This document shows positions 52,697 to 64,000 of a DNA stretch of 64,000 nucleotides, one piece after another. The stretch is from Mobula hypostoma (Eukaryota), in the NCBI RefSeq assembly GCF_963921235.1, contig NC_086107.1, positions 102,364,001-102,428,000 of the forward strand, in the 5' to 3' direction. Each line of letters opens with the position of its first letter. Position 1 is the stretch's first letter. A program made the position numbers and the translations under genes. The notes below the pieces were generated by a model. The model saw only the letters and a list, made by a program, of their open reading frames with translations, had not been told where the DNA came from and ran no database searches.

Positions 52697-55689
52697 GAAG
52701 AAAGATCCCAATAAAAGGTAGAAATTCCTGACAATAATTATTGCAGAAAATGGTTATCAACTGGAAAATGGCACAGGAAGGACAAAGCTCCTGACCATTC
52801 CTTTATTAAATATTTTCTTTGTTTCCACCTCATAATTTAAAATGACAAAAGAACACAACATGCCTACACCCCAATCCAAATTTCACCTGCCCTTTCTTAT
52901 TTACGCCTCCTTCTACTCATTAGCCTTTATCATCCTCTTTCAGACAGCATCACCACCACTGGATCTCTCCTAGTCTCCATTCTATCAGAGGCCATCCTGT
53001 TTCTTCTTGGACTGTGGCCCAGAAAAATTAACTGATTCTCTCTCCACAGAGCTCTTCAAGCATTTACCATGCTGGTCAAGGTCAGCACTGATGGGTCTCC
53101 TGTCAGACTGTCTGACTGCCCCTCATGTGAAGAATTGTTGTTGTTCCTTTTAGCGCCTTGTAGCACATTGGGCAGCACTCTTTGCCGTTTCCTTAGCACT
53201 TGTCTGTTTTTACAAGGCGGAGTTGCTAGCTCGATGCTCAACTCAGCACAGATGGAAAGTGTGCAAGCAGCCAGCTGGGAACATTCGCCTCGAAGTCCAG
53301 TGCTGATGCCACTACACCACCAGCTGGCAAATCATGTGAAGAGTGACTGTATGAATTTTGCACCATAACCTCAATAGCGCTTTACAGAATTCTTCAGACA
53401 GGAGTCAAATTGGCCTTTCAAGTCCAAACTCACTCGAGTAGAGCAATCATTCCCTTGCTTTTCTCTAATAGCTGTAGACATTTATTCACTCTCAATTGCC
53501 TATCCAATTACATAATAAAGCCTCTGATTGGTTCTGTTTTAACTAACCTTAAATGGTACAGGAAGCACCGAAAGAAAGCAAGTTCTTGTTCATTCCTATA
53601 CAAGCTTGTTCCTTTGTTCCCATCCCAGGAGTTCATAACTTAAAAAAATGATAAACGATTAGAGTTCTACGCTGTGCACACCTATAGCCCAATCTGAATC
53701 CAACTTCCTTCAGTGAATTTCAGAATAACTACATTCCACATAAAAAGGTTTATCCCATTATCCTCTTTGTTACACCTTTGGCTAAAGTTTTAATTCTGTG
53801 TCCTCTCAGGCTTGAACCATGAGAATAGGAATAGTCTCCCTCCACTTAACCTTTCACGCAAGGTCTCTTTACTTCTCTATCCAGATCCCAATTTAGGAAT
53901 GCGTGTTCAAGAGGACAAAATGTTGTAACTTTCCCTCGCCTTCCCCTTTATTCCCTACTCGGATCTCTTGCCTGTTCTCGCCTGCCTCTCATCTCCCCCT
54001 GAGTCACCTCCTCCTTCTCTTTCCCCTATGGTCCACTCTCCTCTCCTACAGTCCTTCTCCAGACCTTCATCTTTCCTACCCACCTGGCTTCTATCTATCC
54101 TCATTCCCTCCACCTTTTTAATTGTCGTTTTCTCCCTTCCTTTTCCGTCCCAAGGAAGCATCTCAGGCTGAAACATTGACTGTTTAGTCATTTCCATTGA
54201 CGCTGCCTGATCTGCTGAGTTCCTCCCACATTTTGTGTGCCTCCAGATGCTTTGGATTTCCAGCATCTGCAGACTTTCTTGTGTTTAAGATATTGTGAAT
54301 TAAAAAAAAATATACTGGACGGATTGAGGTAAATATTTTAAAATATGATACAGTGACATCAGTTATACACCTTAATTTGACTGTTAATAGCGCTATCAAA
54401 ACTTTTCAAAAACAATACTGTGTGGGACAGTTGCCTGTTTTGGAGACCCAGGTTCAATCCTAATCTGTGTGGTGCATCTTCTCCCTGTGGCCATGTGGAT
54501 TTCCCCCACATCCACTGGTTTACTTTCACATCCATTTCATGAAGAGTTGGCACTGTAAATTGGCCCTACTTTGTAGGTAAGTGGTAAAATGCGGAGATCT
54601 ATGGGGTTAATAAAATAGGACTGTCAATGGGTGCTTTATGGTCAGTAGGCTGAAGAGCCTGTTTCCATGCTGTGTTGCTCCAGGACTCCAAAACAGGAGC
54701 AACACTTGGTGTCAGCACAAACACAGGAGGAACACAGCAGGTCAGGCAGTATCTTTGGAGAGAAATGAACAGACTGTGTTTTGGATGGAGACCTTCTACA
54801 AAGAACATTCAGTCCAGCTGAAGAGTCTCAATCCAAAACACTGACTGTTCATTTCTCTCCGTAGGTACTGCCCAACCTGCTGAGTCTCGTCTTGTGCCTC
54901 CAAAGACTTGGAACCATCGATTTCATGCTGAAACTCCCTCCAACAGATTGAAAAGATTAACTTTATTTGTTACACGTACATCGAAAAATTGAAACATACA
55001 GTAAAATGCATCATTTGCGTCAATGACCAATGCAGTCTGAATGTTTGCTGGGGGTGCTGGCAAGTGTTGCCAAGCTTCCAGCACCAACGTATGCCCACAA
55101 CTCGGAGTGCCTGGACAAAACCAACATGGTCACAGGGAGAAGGTACAAACTCCTCAGAGGCAATGGCACGGATTGAACTCTGGTCACTGGCACTGTAATA
55201 GTGTTCAGCTAACCGCTATGCTATCGTTCCACTCCACGAACCTGTGAACAGCCGAATCCCTTAAGTGCTTAATCGTACAAAGAATGACTCAGCCAAGTAA
55301 TATTTATTTATTGTGAGATACCCAGCAGCCACCTATTTAACACTAGCCTAATCACACGATATTGTACATTGGCCCATTTACTTGCCTCCATCCTTTCCAT
55401 TGTGGAAGTCAATGAACTAAAGGTTAACTCTGTCTTACAGGACACACTCAAATACCACATTGAACAACATATATAAGCCATGACGACAAGCGCAAATGAC
55501 TTTAAGATTTCTTCCAGATTTCTTTTCCATCAGTTGCAGATTGCCTTTCACTGAGCACCCACATCATAAGGAAGCAAGGGTCCAAAACGGAAATACTACC
55601 AATACATTTCTGAAATCAACTGAATGATGGTACTCTGATCTTCCTCTGACTAGGGAGTGTTCCTTTGAATAGCTAACCAAATAAACATA

Positions 55690-56180
55690 CCCTCAGTGGC
55701 CATTTTATTAGGTACACCTGCGTGTTAATGCAAATATTTAATCAGACAGATATGTGGCAGCAGCTCAATGCATGAAAGCTTGCAGACATGTCAAGAGGTT
55801 CCACTGTTATTTAGATTAATCATCAAGAAATGCAATCTAAGTGACTTTGAGTATTGAGTGACTGACTACTGGTGCACCCGGGTCAGCCTGAGCAGCTCAG
55901 AAAATGGTGCAAAAGCAAAAAACATCCAGTGAGCAGCAGTTCTGTAGGTGAAAGGCCTTATTAATGACAGAGGTCAGAGGAGGATGGCCCAACTGGTTCA
56001 AATTGACAGGAAGGCAGTAGTAACTCAAATAACCAAGCATTACAACAGTGGTGTGCAGAAGAGCATCCCTGAATGCACAACATGTCGAAGTGGATGGCCT
56101 ACAGCAGCAGAAAACCACAAACATGCACTCAGTGGCCACTTTATTAGGTACAGGAGGTATCTAATAAAATGGCCACAGTG
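55690..56180. mobile_element. Tc1-derived non-autonomous element; a related fragment lies at ~57230-57500
   Basis: TA|CCCTCAGTGGCCATTTTATTAGGTAC...CTAATAAAATGGCCACAGTG|TA inverted ends. Confidence 0.7.
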
Positions 56181-56199
56181 TACATAACAACAGATTTTA

Positions 56200-56430
<231 letters not shown>

Positions 56431-56629
56431 CTAACCCTTCCAATGTGGGGAAACATACTGTTAAGTGGTCCATTACATGTGTTTACTTATTGATTTCTCT
56501 CAAAGATGATGACTGAACTGTCTGCTGTCAATTTCTTATACTAAGGTATCAAACGTATAGATGGATCAAAGTAGTTTAAGTGCCAGCAAGGTTCAGGGCC
56601 CACACTCTAGTTGTCAATAGTCCTTGCAA

Positions 56630-56890
56630 ACGGCAGCACAGTAACACGACACTTTACAGTATCAGCGGCCCAGGTTCAACTCTCGCAGCTGCCTGCAAGG
56701 AGTTTGAATGTTTTCCCCATGACCTTGTGGGTTTCCTCTGGGTGCTCTGGCTTCCTCCCACAGTCCAAAAACCTACTGGTCGGTAGATCAATTGGTCATT
56801 GTAAATTGTTCCGTGATTAGGCAAGGGTTAATTGGGGATTGCTGGGCAGCTCTGCTCGAAGGCTCGGAAGGGCTTACTTCACGTTCAATG
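56630..56890 (+). mobile_element. V-SINE/HE1-like SINE (representative copy)
   Basis: tRNA-like head, CAGTCCAAA, and TTGGTCATTGTAAATTG V-domain-like core. Other copies at ~6520-6800, 10700-10950 (-), 33100-33400 (-), 41150-41360 (-), 41492-41750, 46565-46830 and 54420-54680. Confidence 0.7.
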
Positions 56891-58833
56891 TATATACACG
56901 GAAGGAGGGAGGGATAGATACTGTTGAATTGTTCACAAGAGTAGCAGGTACACTTAAGAACAGCATGACTGGATTCTAACTCAGTTTGTTTGATGTGGGA
57001 GGACGACTCCCCAGACTTTTCCCTAATATTCCACAATTTTCACAAACAAAGGGAATACCTACAATGAGTGAAACATAATTATTTCCCCTCACAAAGCAAC
57101 CACAATAGCTAATTAGGTATATCCACCAAAAGGGAAATGTTATTTATTTATAAATGTTTCTTGTTAACCAACTAATCTAATTGCGCCAATTTTAGAACTC
57201 CAGTCATGAGCTTTTACTTTAACATAGACTGTGCCCACTTTGAGGTACACCTGTATACCTGCTCGTTAATGCAAATATGTAATTAGCCAATCATGTGGCA
57301 GCAACTCAAGGCATAAAAGCATGTAGAATGGTCAAGAGATCAGTTGTTCTTTAGACCAAACATCAGAATGGGAAAGAGATGTCATCTCAGTGACTTTGAC
57401 CATGGGCTTTGGTGCCAGGCGGGGTGGTTTGAAATTGCTGATCTCCTGGGATTTTCACACATAACAGTCTACAAAGTTTACAGAGAATGGTATGAGAAAG
57501 AGAGTGGGTTTCCTCCAGGTGCTCCGGTTTCCTCCTATAGTCCAAAGATGTGCCAGTTGGCAACTTTGGGGGATCTATGGACATGGACCCACAGGTTCAG
57601 TCTGTTCCTCTGCACTGTTAGGAATCCTGTCATTAACCCTTCATGTTTGACCTTGCAAAGTGAATCACTTCGCACTGATCTCTATCTGCCACTCCACGGC
57701 CCAGCTGTGCATCCTACCAATGTCCCGCTGTAACCTATGACCGTCTTCTGTGCTATCCACAACACTAATCCTCGCGACATCTGCAAACCTGCTTCAGCTA
57801 CTGTAAGTCATACATAAAAATTACAAAGAGCAGGGGGTCACAGAACAGATCCCCGCAGAACACCACTAGTCATGGACCTCCAGGCAAAATGCACTCCGTC
57901 TACTGCCACCCTCTGCCTTCTATGTCAAGCCAATTCAGAGTTCATGCCTTCTGACTTTCTGAATGAGCCTATCATGGGGAACCTTGTTGAATACCTTACT
58001 AAGTTCCATATTAACCACATCCATCACTCTACCTTCACCAATTTGATTAGTCTTTTCCTCGAAGTCAAATCAGGCTCAAGAGGGATGACCTGCCCCTCAC
58101 AAGGTCAGGCTAATCATCTTTAATCAAACTCTGCTTCTCTAACGTTTGTAAATCTTGTCTCTGAGGATCCTCTCCAATAGTTTGCCCACCACTGATGTAA
58201 GCCTCAATGGTCAATAAATCCAAGGATTATCTGTAGTATCTTTCTTGAAGAAAGGAATAACATTTGCCATCCCCCCCCCCCCCGACAAGCCTTTTGGTAC
58301 TACTTGTGTGGCCAGTGAGGATACAAAGAACAAAGAGACAGCAATCTTTTCCCTCTTTCTGTAGTAACATGGGTATAACCCCTCCAGTCCTAGGGATGCA
58401 TCTATCCTAATGTCTTTCTAAGGTTCCAGCACATCCTCTTTCTTAACCTTGGCATGTTCCAGCATATTAACCTGTTCTACACTGACTTCATCTTTGTCAA
58501 GATTCCTCTCACTGGGAAATGCTAAAGCAAAGTATTCATTAAGAGCATCCTCCAATGAGTACTTCACTTACTGCAATTACCTTTGACAAAGTACCTCCAC
58601 CAGTTTGAAAATAATAATACATTGACTATTCCCAGTTAGTCTGTATCACATTACATCTTCCAGGAACACCAATAGATATTCCATTCACAAAAACAGAATG
58701 GTTTTGCCAGATTACCTTGAATTTTTCAAAATGTTCTGCTAATTGCACTAATCCCACCTTCCAGCACTTGGCTCATAACCTCCTATGCTGAGGTGATTTA
58801 AGTGATCTTCTAGACGCAACCTCTGGTCACATA

Positions 58834-60385
58834 CAGTGCCTATAAAAAGTATTCAACCCCCACCCCCCCAGAAGGTTTCACATTTTGTTTTACAACGTTG
58901 AATCACAGTGGATTTAATTTGGCTTTTTTGACACTGATCAACAGAAAAGACTCTTTCATGTCAAAGTGAAAACAAATTGGTCTAAATTTATTACAATTAT
59001 TAAATATAATTGATTTCATAATTATTCACCCTGTCAAGTCAGTATTTATTAGATGCACCTTTGGCGGCAGTTACAGCCTTGAGTCTGTGTGGAAAGGTCT
59101 CTATCAGCTTTGCACATCGGGACACTGTAATTTTTCCCTATTCTTCTTTACAAAACTGCTCAAGCTCTGTCAGATTGCATGGAGATTGTGAATTAACAGC
59201 CCTTTTCAAGTCCAGCCACAAATTCTCAATTGGGTTGAGGTCTGGACTCTGATATGGCCACTCCAAACATTATCTTTGGTGTTTTTAAGCCATTCCAGTG
59301 TAGCTTTGGCTTTGTGCTTGGGCTCATTGTCTTGCTGGAAAACAAATCTTCTTCCAAGTCACAGTTGTCTTACAGACTGCATCGGGTTTTCCTCCAGGAT
59401 TTCCCTGTATTGTGCTGCATTCATTTTTCCCTCTACCTTACAAGCCTTCCAGTGTCTGCTGCAGTGAAGTAACCCCACAGCATGATGCAGCCACCACCAT
59501 GCTTTACAGTAGGTATGGTCTGTTTTTGATGATGTGCGGGGTTTGGCTTACATCAAACATAGCATTTAGTCTGATGGCCAAGAAGCTCAATTTTGGTTTC
59601 GTCAGACCATAGAACCTTCTTCCAGCTGACTCCAGAATCTCCCACATGCCTTCTGGCAAACTCCAGCTGAGATTTCATGCAAGTGTTTGAATGAATGATT
59701 TAATTTCAAGATCCCGGGCAACAGTTGTATACGCAGTCTCCCCCATATCAGTCACTGAAGCTTGCAACTCCTCCTGAGTTGTCACAGGTCTCTTGTTGGC
59801 CTCCCTCACTAGCCCCTGCTTGCACGGTCACTCAGTTTTTGAGGATAGCCTGCTCTAGGCGTATTTACAGCTATGCCATATTCTTTCAATTTCTTGATGA
59901 CTGACTTAACTGTATTCCAAAGGATATTCAGTGACTTTTCTTGTATCCATCTCCTGACTTGTGCTTTTTGTTAAATTTTTCATGGAGTTACTTGGGGTGT
60001 ACCTTTGTCTTCATGGTGTAGTTTATGCCAGGATACTGACTCACCAGCAGCTGGACCTTCCAGACATAGGTGTATTTTACTATAATCAATTGAAATTAAC
60101 ACCTTGACTGCACGCAGGTCTCTAAAAAAAAAATAATAAATCTCTATTTAACTAATTGTGTGACTTCTGAAACCAACTGGCTGCACCAGTGATGATTTAG
60201 TGTCACATTAAATGGGGCGAACACAATCAAATATTTTGTGTTTTATATTTGTAATTAATTTAGATCATTTTGGAGAAAATTAAATTAGGGTTAGGGTTGA
60301 ATCCATTATGATTCAATATGGTAAAACAATAATGCGTGAAAACTTCCAAGGGGGAGGGGGTGGTGAATACTTTTATTAGGCATTG
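58834..60385 (-). mobile_element. Tc1-family DNA transposon with long IR/DR-type TIRs and degenerate transposase
   Basis: TA|CAGTGCCTATAAAAAGTATTCA...TGAATACTTTTATTAGGCATTG|TA; ~200-bp inverted ends; decayed transposase on minus strand from MKTK (~60014) to KY* (~59039). Confidence 0.88.
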
Positions 60386-62926
60386 TAGTCCATCGAAACT
60401 AATAAGATCTAAGACCCAGGCCTCAACACCTCCTTGTGCAACTGGATCCTCAATTTCCTCACTTGCAGACCCCAGTCAGTTCAGATTGGCAACATCTCCT
60501 CCACAACCCCCATCAGCACAGGTGCACCTCAAGGCAGAATGCTTAGCCCCCTGCTCTACTCACATTATACTTATGACTGTGTGGCTCCGTACAGCTCAAT
60601 GGCATATTCAGGGTTCCAGACATCACCACTGTTGTTGGCTGAATCAAAGGTGGTGATGAATTGGCACAAAGGAGATTGAAAATGGGGGACCATGAGCCAG
60701 CCCTCATTAGGAGAGGAGAGGTGGAATTCCTTGGCATTATCATTTCAGAGGATCTGCCAACGTAAGTGCCATTACAAAAAAGGTACGATAGCAGCTCTAC
60801 TTACTTAGAAATTTGCACAGGTTCGACAATCTTCTATAAATGCACAATATAGACTATACTGACTGGTTTCATCACCCCCAGTATGGAAACACCAGTACCC
60901 ATGAACTGAAAAGCCTACAAAAAGTAGTTTTGTGTTTACATAGTTTGTCTTTCTTTGCACATTAGTTGTTTGTCAGTCTTTGTGTGCAGTTTTTCCACTG
61001 ATTCTATTGTATTACTTTGCTCTACTGTGAATGGACTGCAGAAAATGAATCTTAGGGTAGTATATGACATATATGTACTTTGTTAATTAACTTACTTTGA
61101 ACTCTAATCATACGGGACTAACTTATATGGGCTTCTTGATCAGCATAGCCCTACGTGAAATGATAATGCCTAGGAATTTAAAGGTACTGACCCTCTCCAC
61201 CTCTCTTCCCCTAATGAGGGCTGCCTCATGATCCTCCACTTTCTTCCTCCTATAATTAATAATCAGCTTTACAGACCATTAACTGTAAAGATAGTGCTGG
61301 AACTAAAGAGTAAGACTCTCAGATTTCATTTCTAATTTGTTACAAGTTAGTTGGTTATTAGGCATCAGAATCAGATTTAATATCACCAGCATGAGTCATG
61401 AAATTTGTTAATTTTGAGGCAGTAGTTCGATACAATACATGATAAATATAGAAAGAATTGAATATATATAATATTTTATATATATATATACACATATATT
61501 TTAAAAAGTGTGTGTATGTATATGTATATTAAATTGTTAAATTAAATAAGTAGTACAAAAATAAAAATAAAAAAGGTATAGATGTAGTGTTCATATAAAT
61601 CGGATGGCAGCAGGGAAGAAGCTGTTCCCAACTTGCTGAGTGTGTGCCTTCAGGCCTCTGTACCTCCTTCCTGATGGCAACAATGAGAAGAGGGCAGGTC
61701 CTGGGTGAGTGGGGTCCTTAATGATGGACCCCTCCTTGAAGATGTCTTGGATACTATGGAGGCTAGCATCCATGATGGAGCTGACTAATTTTATACTCCT
61801 GTGCAGCAGCACACCACCCCCACCCCACCATACCAGACAGTGATGTAGCCAGTCAGAATGCTCTTCACGGTATATGTGTAGAAGTTTGAGTGCAGAAGTT
61901 TCCAACCTCTTATCAAGTGCCTAATGGTGCAGCAGACAGCTCCAGCCACACATGTTCAATCCTGACCTCTTGTAGTTCAAACATTCTTCATGTACCTGCT
62001 TTGGTTTTTCCCAAATGCTCCATTTTCCTCCAAAATGGCAAAGGGAAGCTAATAGGTTAACTGGCTATGATAAACAAGAAAATGAATCTCAGGGAAGCAT
62101 ATAATGGCATATACATATTTTAATAATAAATTTACTCTGAACTGCCACTGGTAGAAGTGGATGACAGGAGAACTGGGGAAATTTGTAAGTATGTGAAAAA
62201 TATAGGTTATTGGGAAATACCGGAAGCATGAGAACATTCTGTGTTGAGAATGGATTTGAGGGCCATGAAATAAAATGAGATTCCCAATAAATGAGAGTCA
62301 GAATTGTTTGCACACTTGGAGAAATGACTGATAATTGATCACTCCTCAGCATTCAAGCAAAGGCACCTCCGCAGAGGATCGAAAGAGACTACATCGGGTT
62401 GTACATTCAGCCATATGATTTCTGAGTGGTCCATGAACTATTCCTTCTTTACACTAATTTATTATAACTTTTTAAAAAAAAATCTTGATGCTGCAAAATA
62501 ACAAATTTCACGGCATACACTCAGTGGAGGATATCTCCTCCTGTACCTAATATTCTTTCTAACATACACATCAACTTTACCCTGATTCATTCACCACTAG
62601 TAATTCACAACAGCTAATTAACCTAACAACCAGCACATCCTTGGGACTTGTGAGGAAATAAGAGCACTTGGGAGAAACATGGGCACAGGGGAATGTGCAA
62701 ACTCCACAGACATCAAGCCTGGGACTCTGGAGTTAAGGCAGAAACACTACCAACTGTATCACTGTACCATATATATAGGCAGTAAGACAGTTTCTCTTCT
62801 TTGTGCTTCCAACTACTTTTGCCGTAGCGACAAAACTGTTGACTTGCTCCACTGCTAACAATGCATTCCTTTTCTGATGCAGACACTCCCAGAGAATGAA
62901 ATAAAATGTACAGTATTTTTCCTTAC

Positions 62927-63006
62927 CTTTTTGAAGATGTGGTATACAGCATCACAGTAGAATTTCCTGATTGCTGAGACGTTCATCTCTCCGTTAAGAG
63001 ATTCTT
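62927..63006 (-). CDS. L3MBTL2: L3MBTL2 coding exon (linker into MBT repeat 3); first exon visible in the window, gene continues beyond 64000
   Basis: Acceptor ttctacag, donor gtaag, 80 nt (phase 1->0). Encodes ESLNGEMNVSAIRKFYCDAVYHIFKK, resembling L3MBTL2 'FRKIYCDAVPYLFKK' as I recall it. Confidence 0.88.
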
Positions 63007-64000
63007 CTGTAGAAGTGAGAACGTTTTAAGATGACAGCTGCACAGACTAGAAAATTGTCACTTTTTAAATCTATTTTATAAATACCCTGTTAATCTTACC
63101 CTTTCTCATTTTAACTGGTAAACAATTCACAGGAACTAACTTGTTGATTAGCATCATGTTATAAAACCAGTCTTTACAAAATGACAAGCTAATAGCTCCT
63201 CACCTTCACATGCTAAACTCACTCCTTCTTATTTATCAAGAGCATGATAATGTTCTTCCATTCAAATTCTCAGCTGGCTAGCGGTGTCGTGGCATTGCAA
63301 TGGACTTTGAGGTGAATGGTCCCGGTCTTTGCACACTTTCCATCCATAGGTGGGTTGCGCCCTCAAGCTAGCAACTCGGCCTCATAAAAAAGTAGACAAA
63401 TGCTACGGAAACAGCAAAACCGCCACTCGATGCACATCAAGGCATGAAAAGGGACAACAAGAATTCAAAGCCTCAGCTTTACATGTTCTCCCTTTTTGTT
63501 CCATCTACTGATTCTTCTGATTTATTCTTTGAACATCTTACTGTTCAATGGTCTTGTAACAGTAGGATAGAGACCGCCCTTGAGCCTTGTGATATGTGCT
63601 TTCAGGCTTTTGTGTCCTTGGCCTGATTTTTTTTTGGCGGCGGGGTGGGGGGGGAAGAAGAGAGAATATCCAGGGTAAGGGCTTTGATTATGTTGGCTGT
63701 TTTACTGAGGCAGTGAGAAGTGTAGGTGAAATTCATGGATGAAGGGCGGGGGTGGTTTCTGTGATGCGCTAAGTTGCGTCCACAACCCTCTGCAGTTTTA
63801 TGCGGTTGTGAGCAGCGCAGGTGCCATACCAGGCTGTGATGCATCCAGAGAGAATGCTCTCTATGGGTGCATCGATTAAAAATTGGTGACGGTTAAAGAG
63901 GACGTGCCAAGTTGCTCTACAAAGGCAAGTATAAATCTGGAACTTCAACCGCCCAGTGTGGGAGTGATATACAATGGTTTGGAGGTCCTGTTGAAAATTT

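Overview
Eukaryotic (vertebrate) DNA. The repeat families (V-SINE/HE1-like SINEs, CR1, Rex1/Babar, Penelope) suggest a cartilaginous fish, probably a ray; this is inference. The window holds the 3' half of one host gene on the minus strand, L3MBTL2 (MBT-repeat Polycomb protein). I reconstructed eight coding exons by hand (63006->10034), all with GT-AG sites and consistent phases, plus a candidate ~5.5 kb 3'UTR. Introns are packed with transposons: a Gmr1-type Gypsy element with INT-RT-RH order (18443-23349), a doubly deleted Gypsy element (30648-33028), a solo LTR (51861-52696), a Tc1 IR/DR element, a Charlie-type hAT, and many LINE/SINE fragments. Most interesting: Penelope-derived sequences carry minimal type-I hammerhead ribozyme motifs, and several form short foldback elements whose inversion point lies at the ribozyme. 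Also notable are a ribozyme-CR1 chimera splitting a SINE, an in-frame alternative donor removing a basic cluster from L3MBTL2, and a telomeric-repeat patch inside a Tc1 TIR. Most short ORFs in the track are repeat-derived or spurious. Repeat boundaries without a TSD are approximate.
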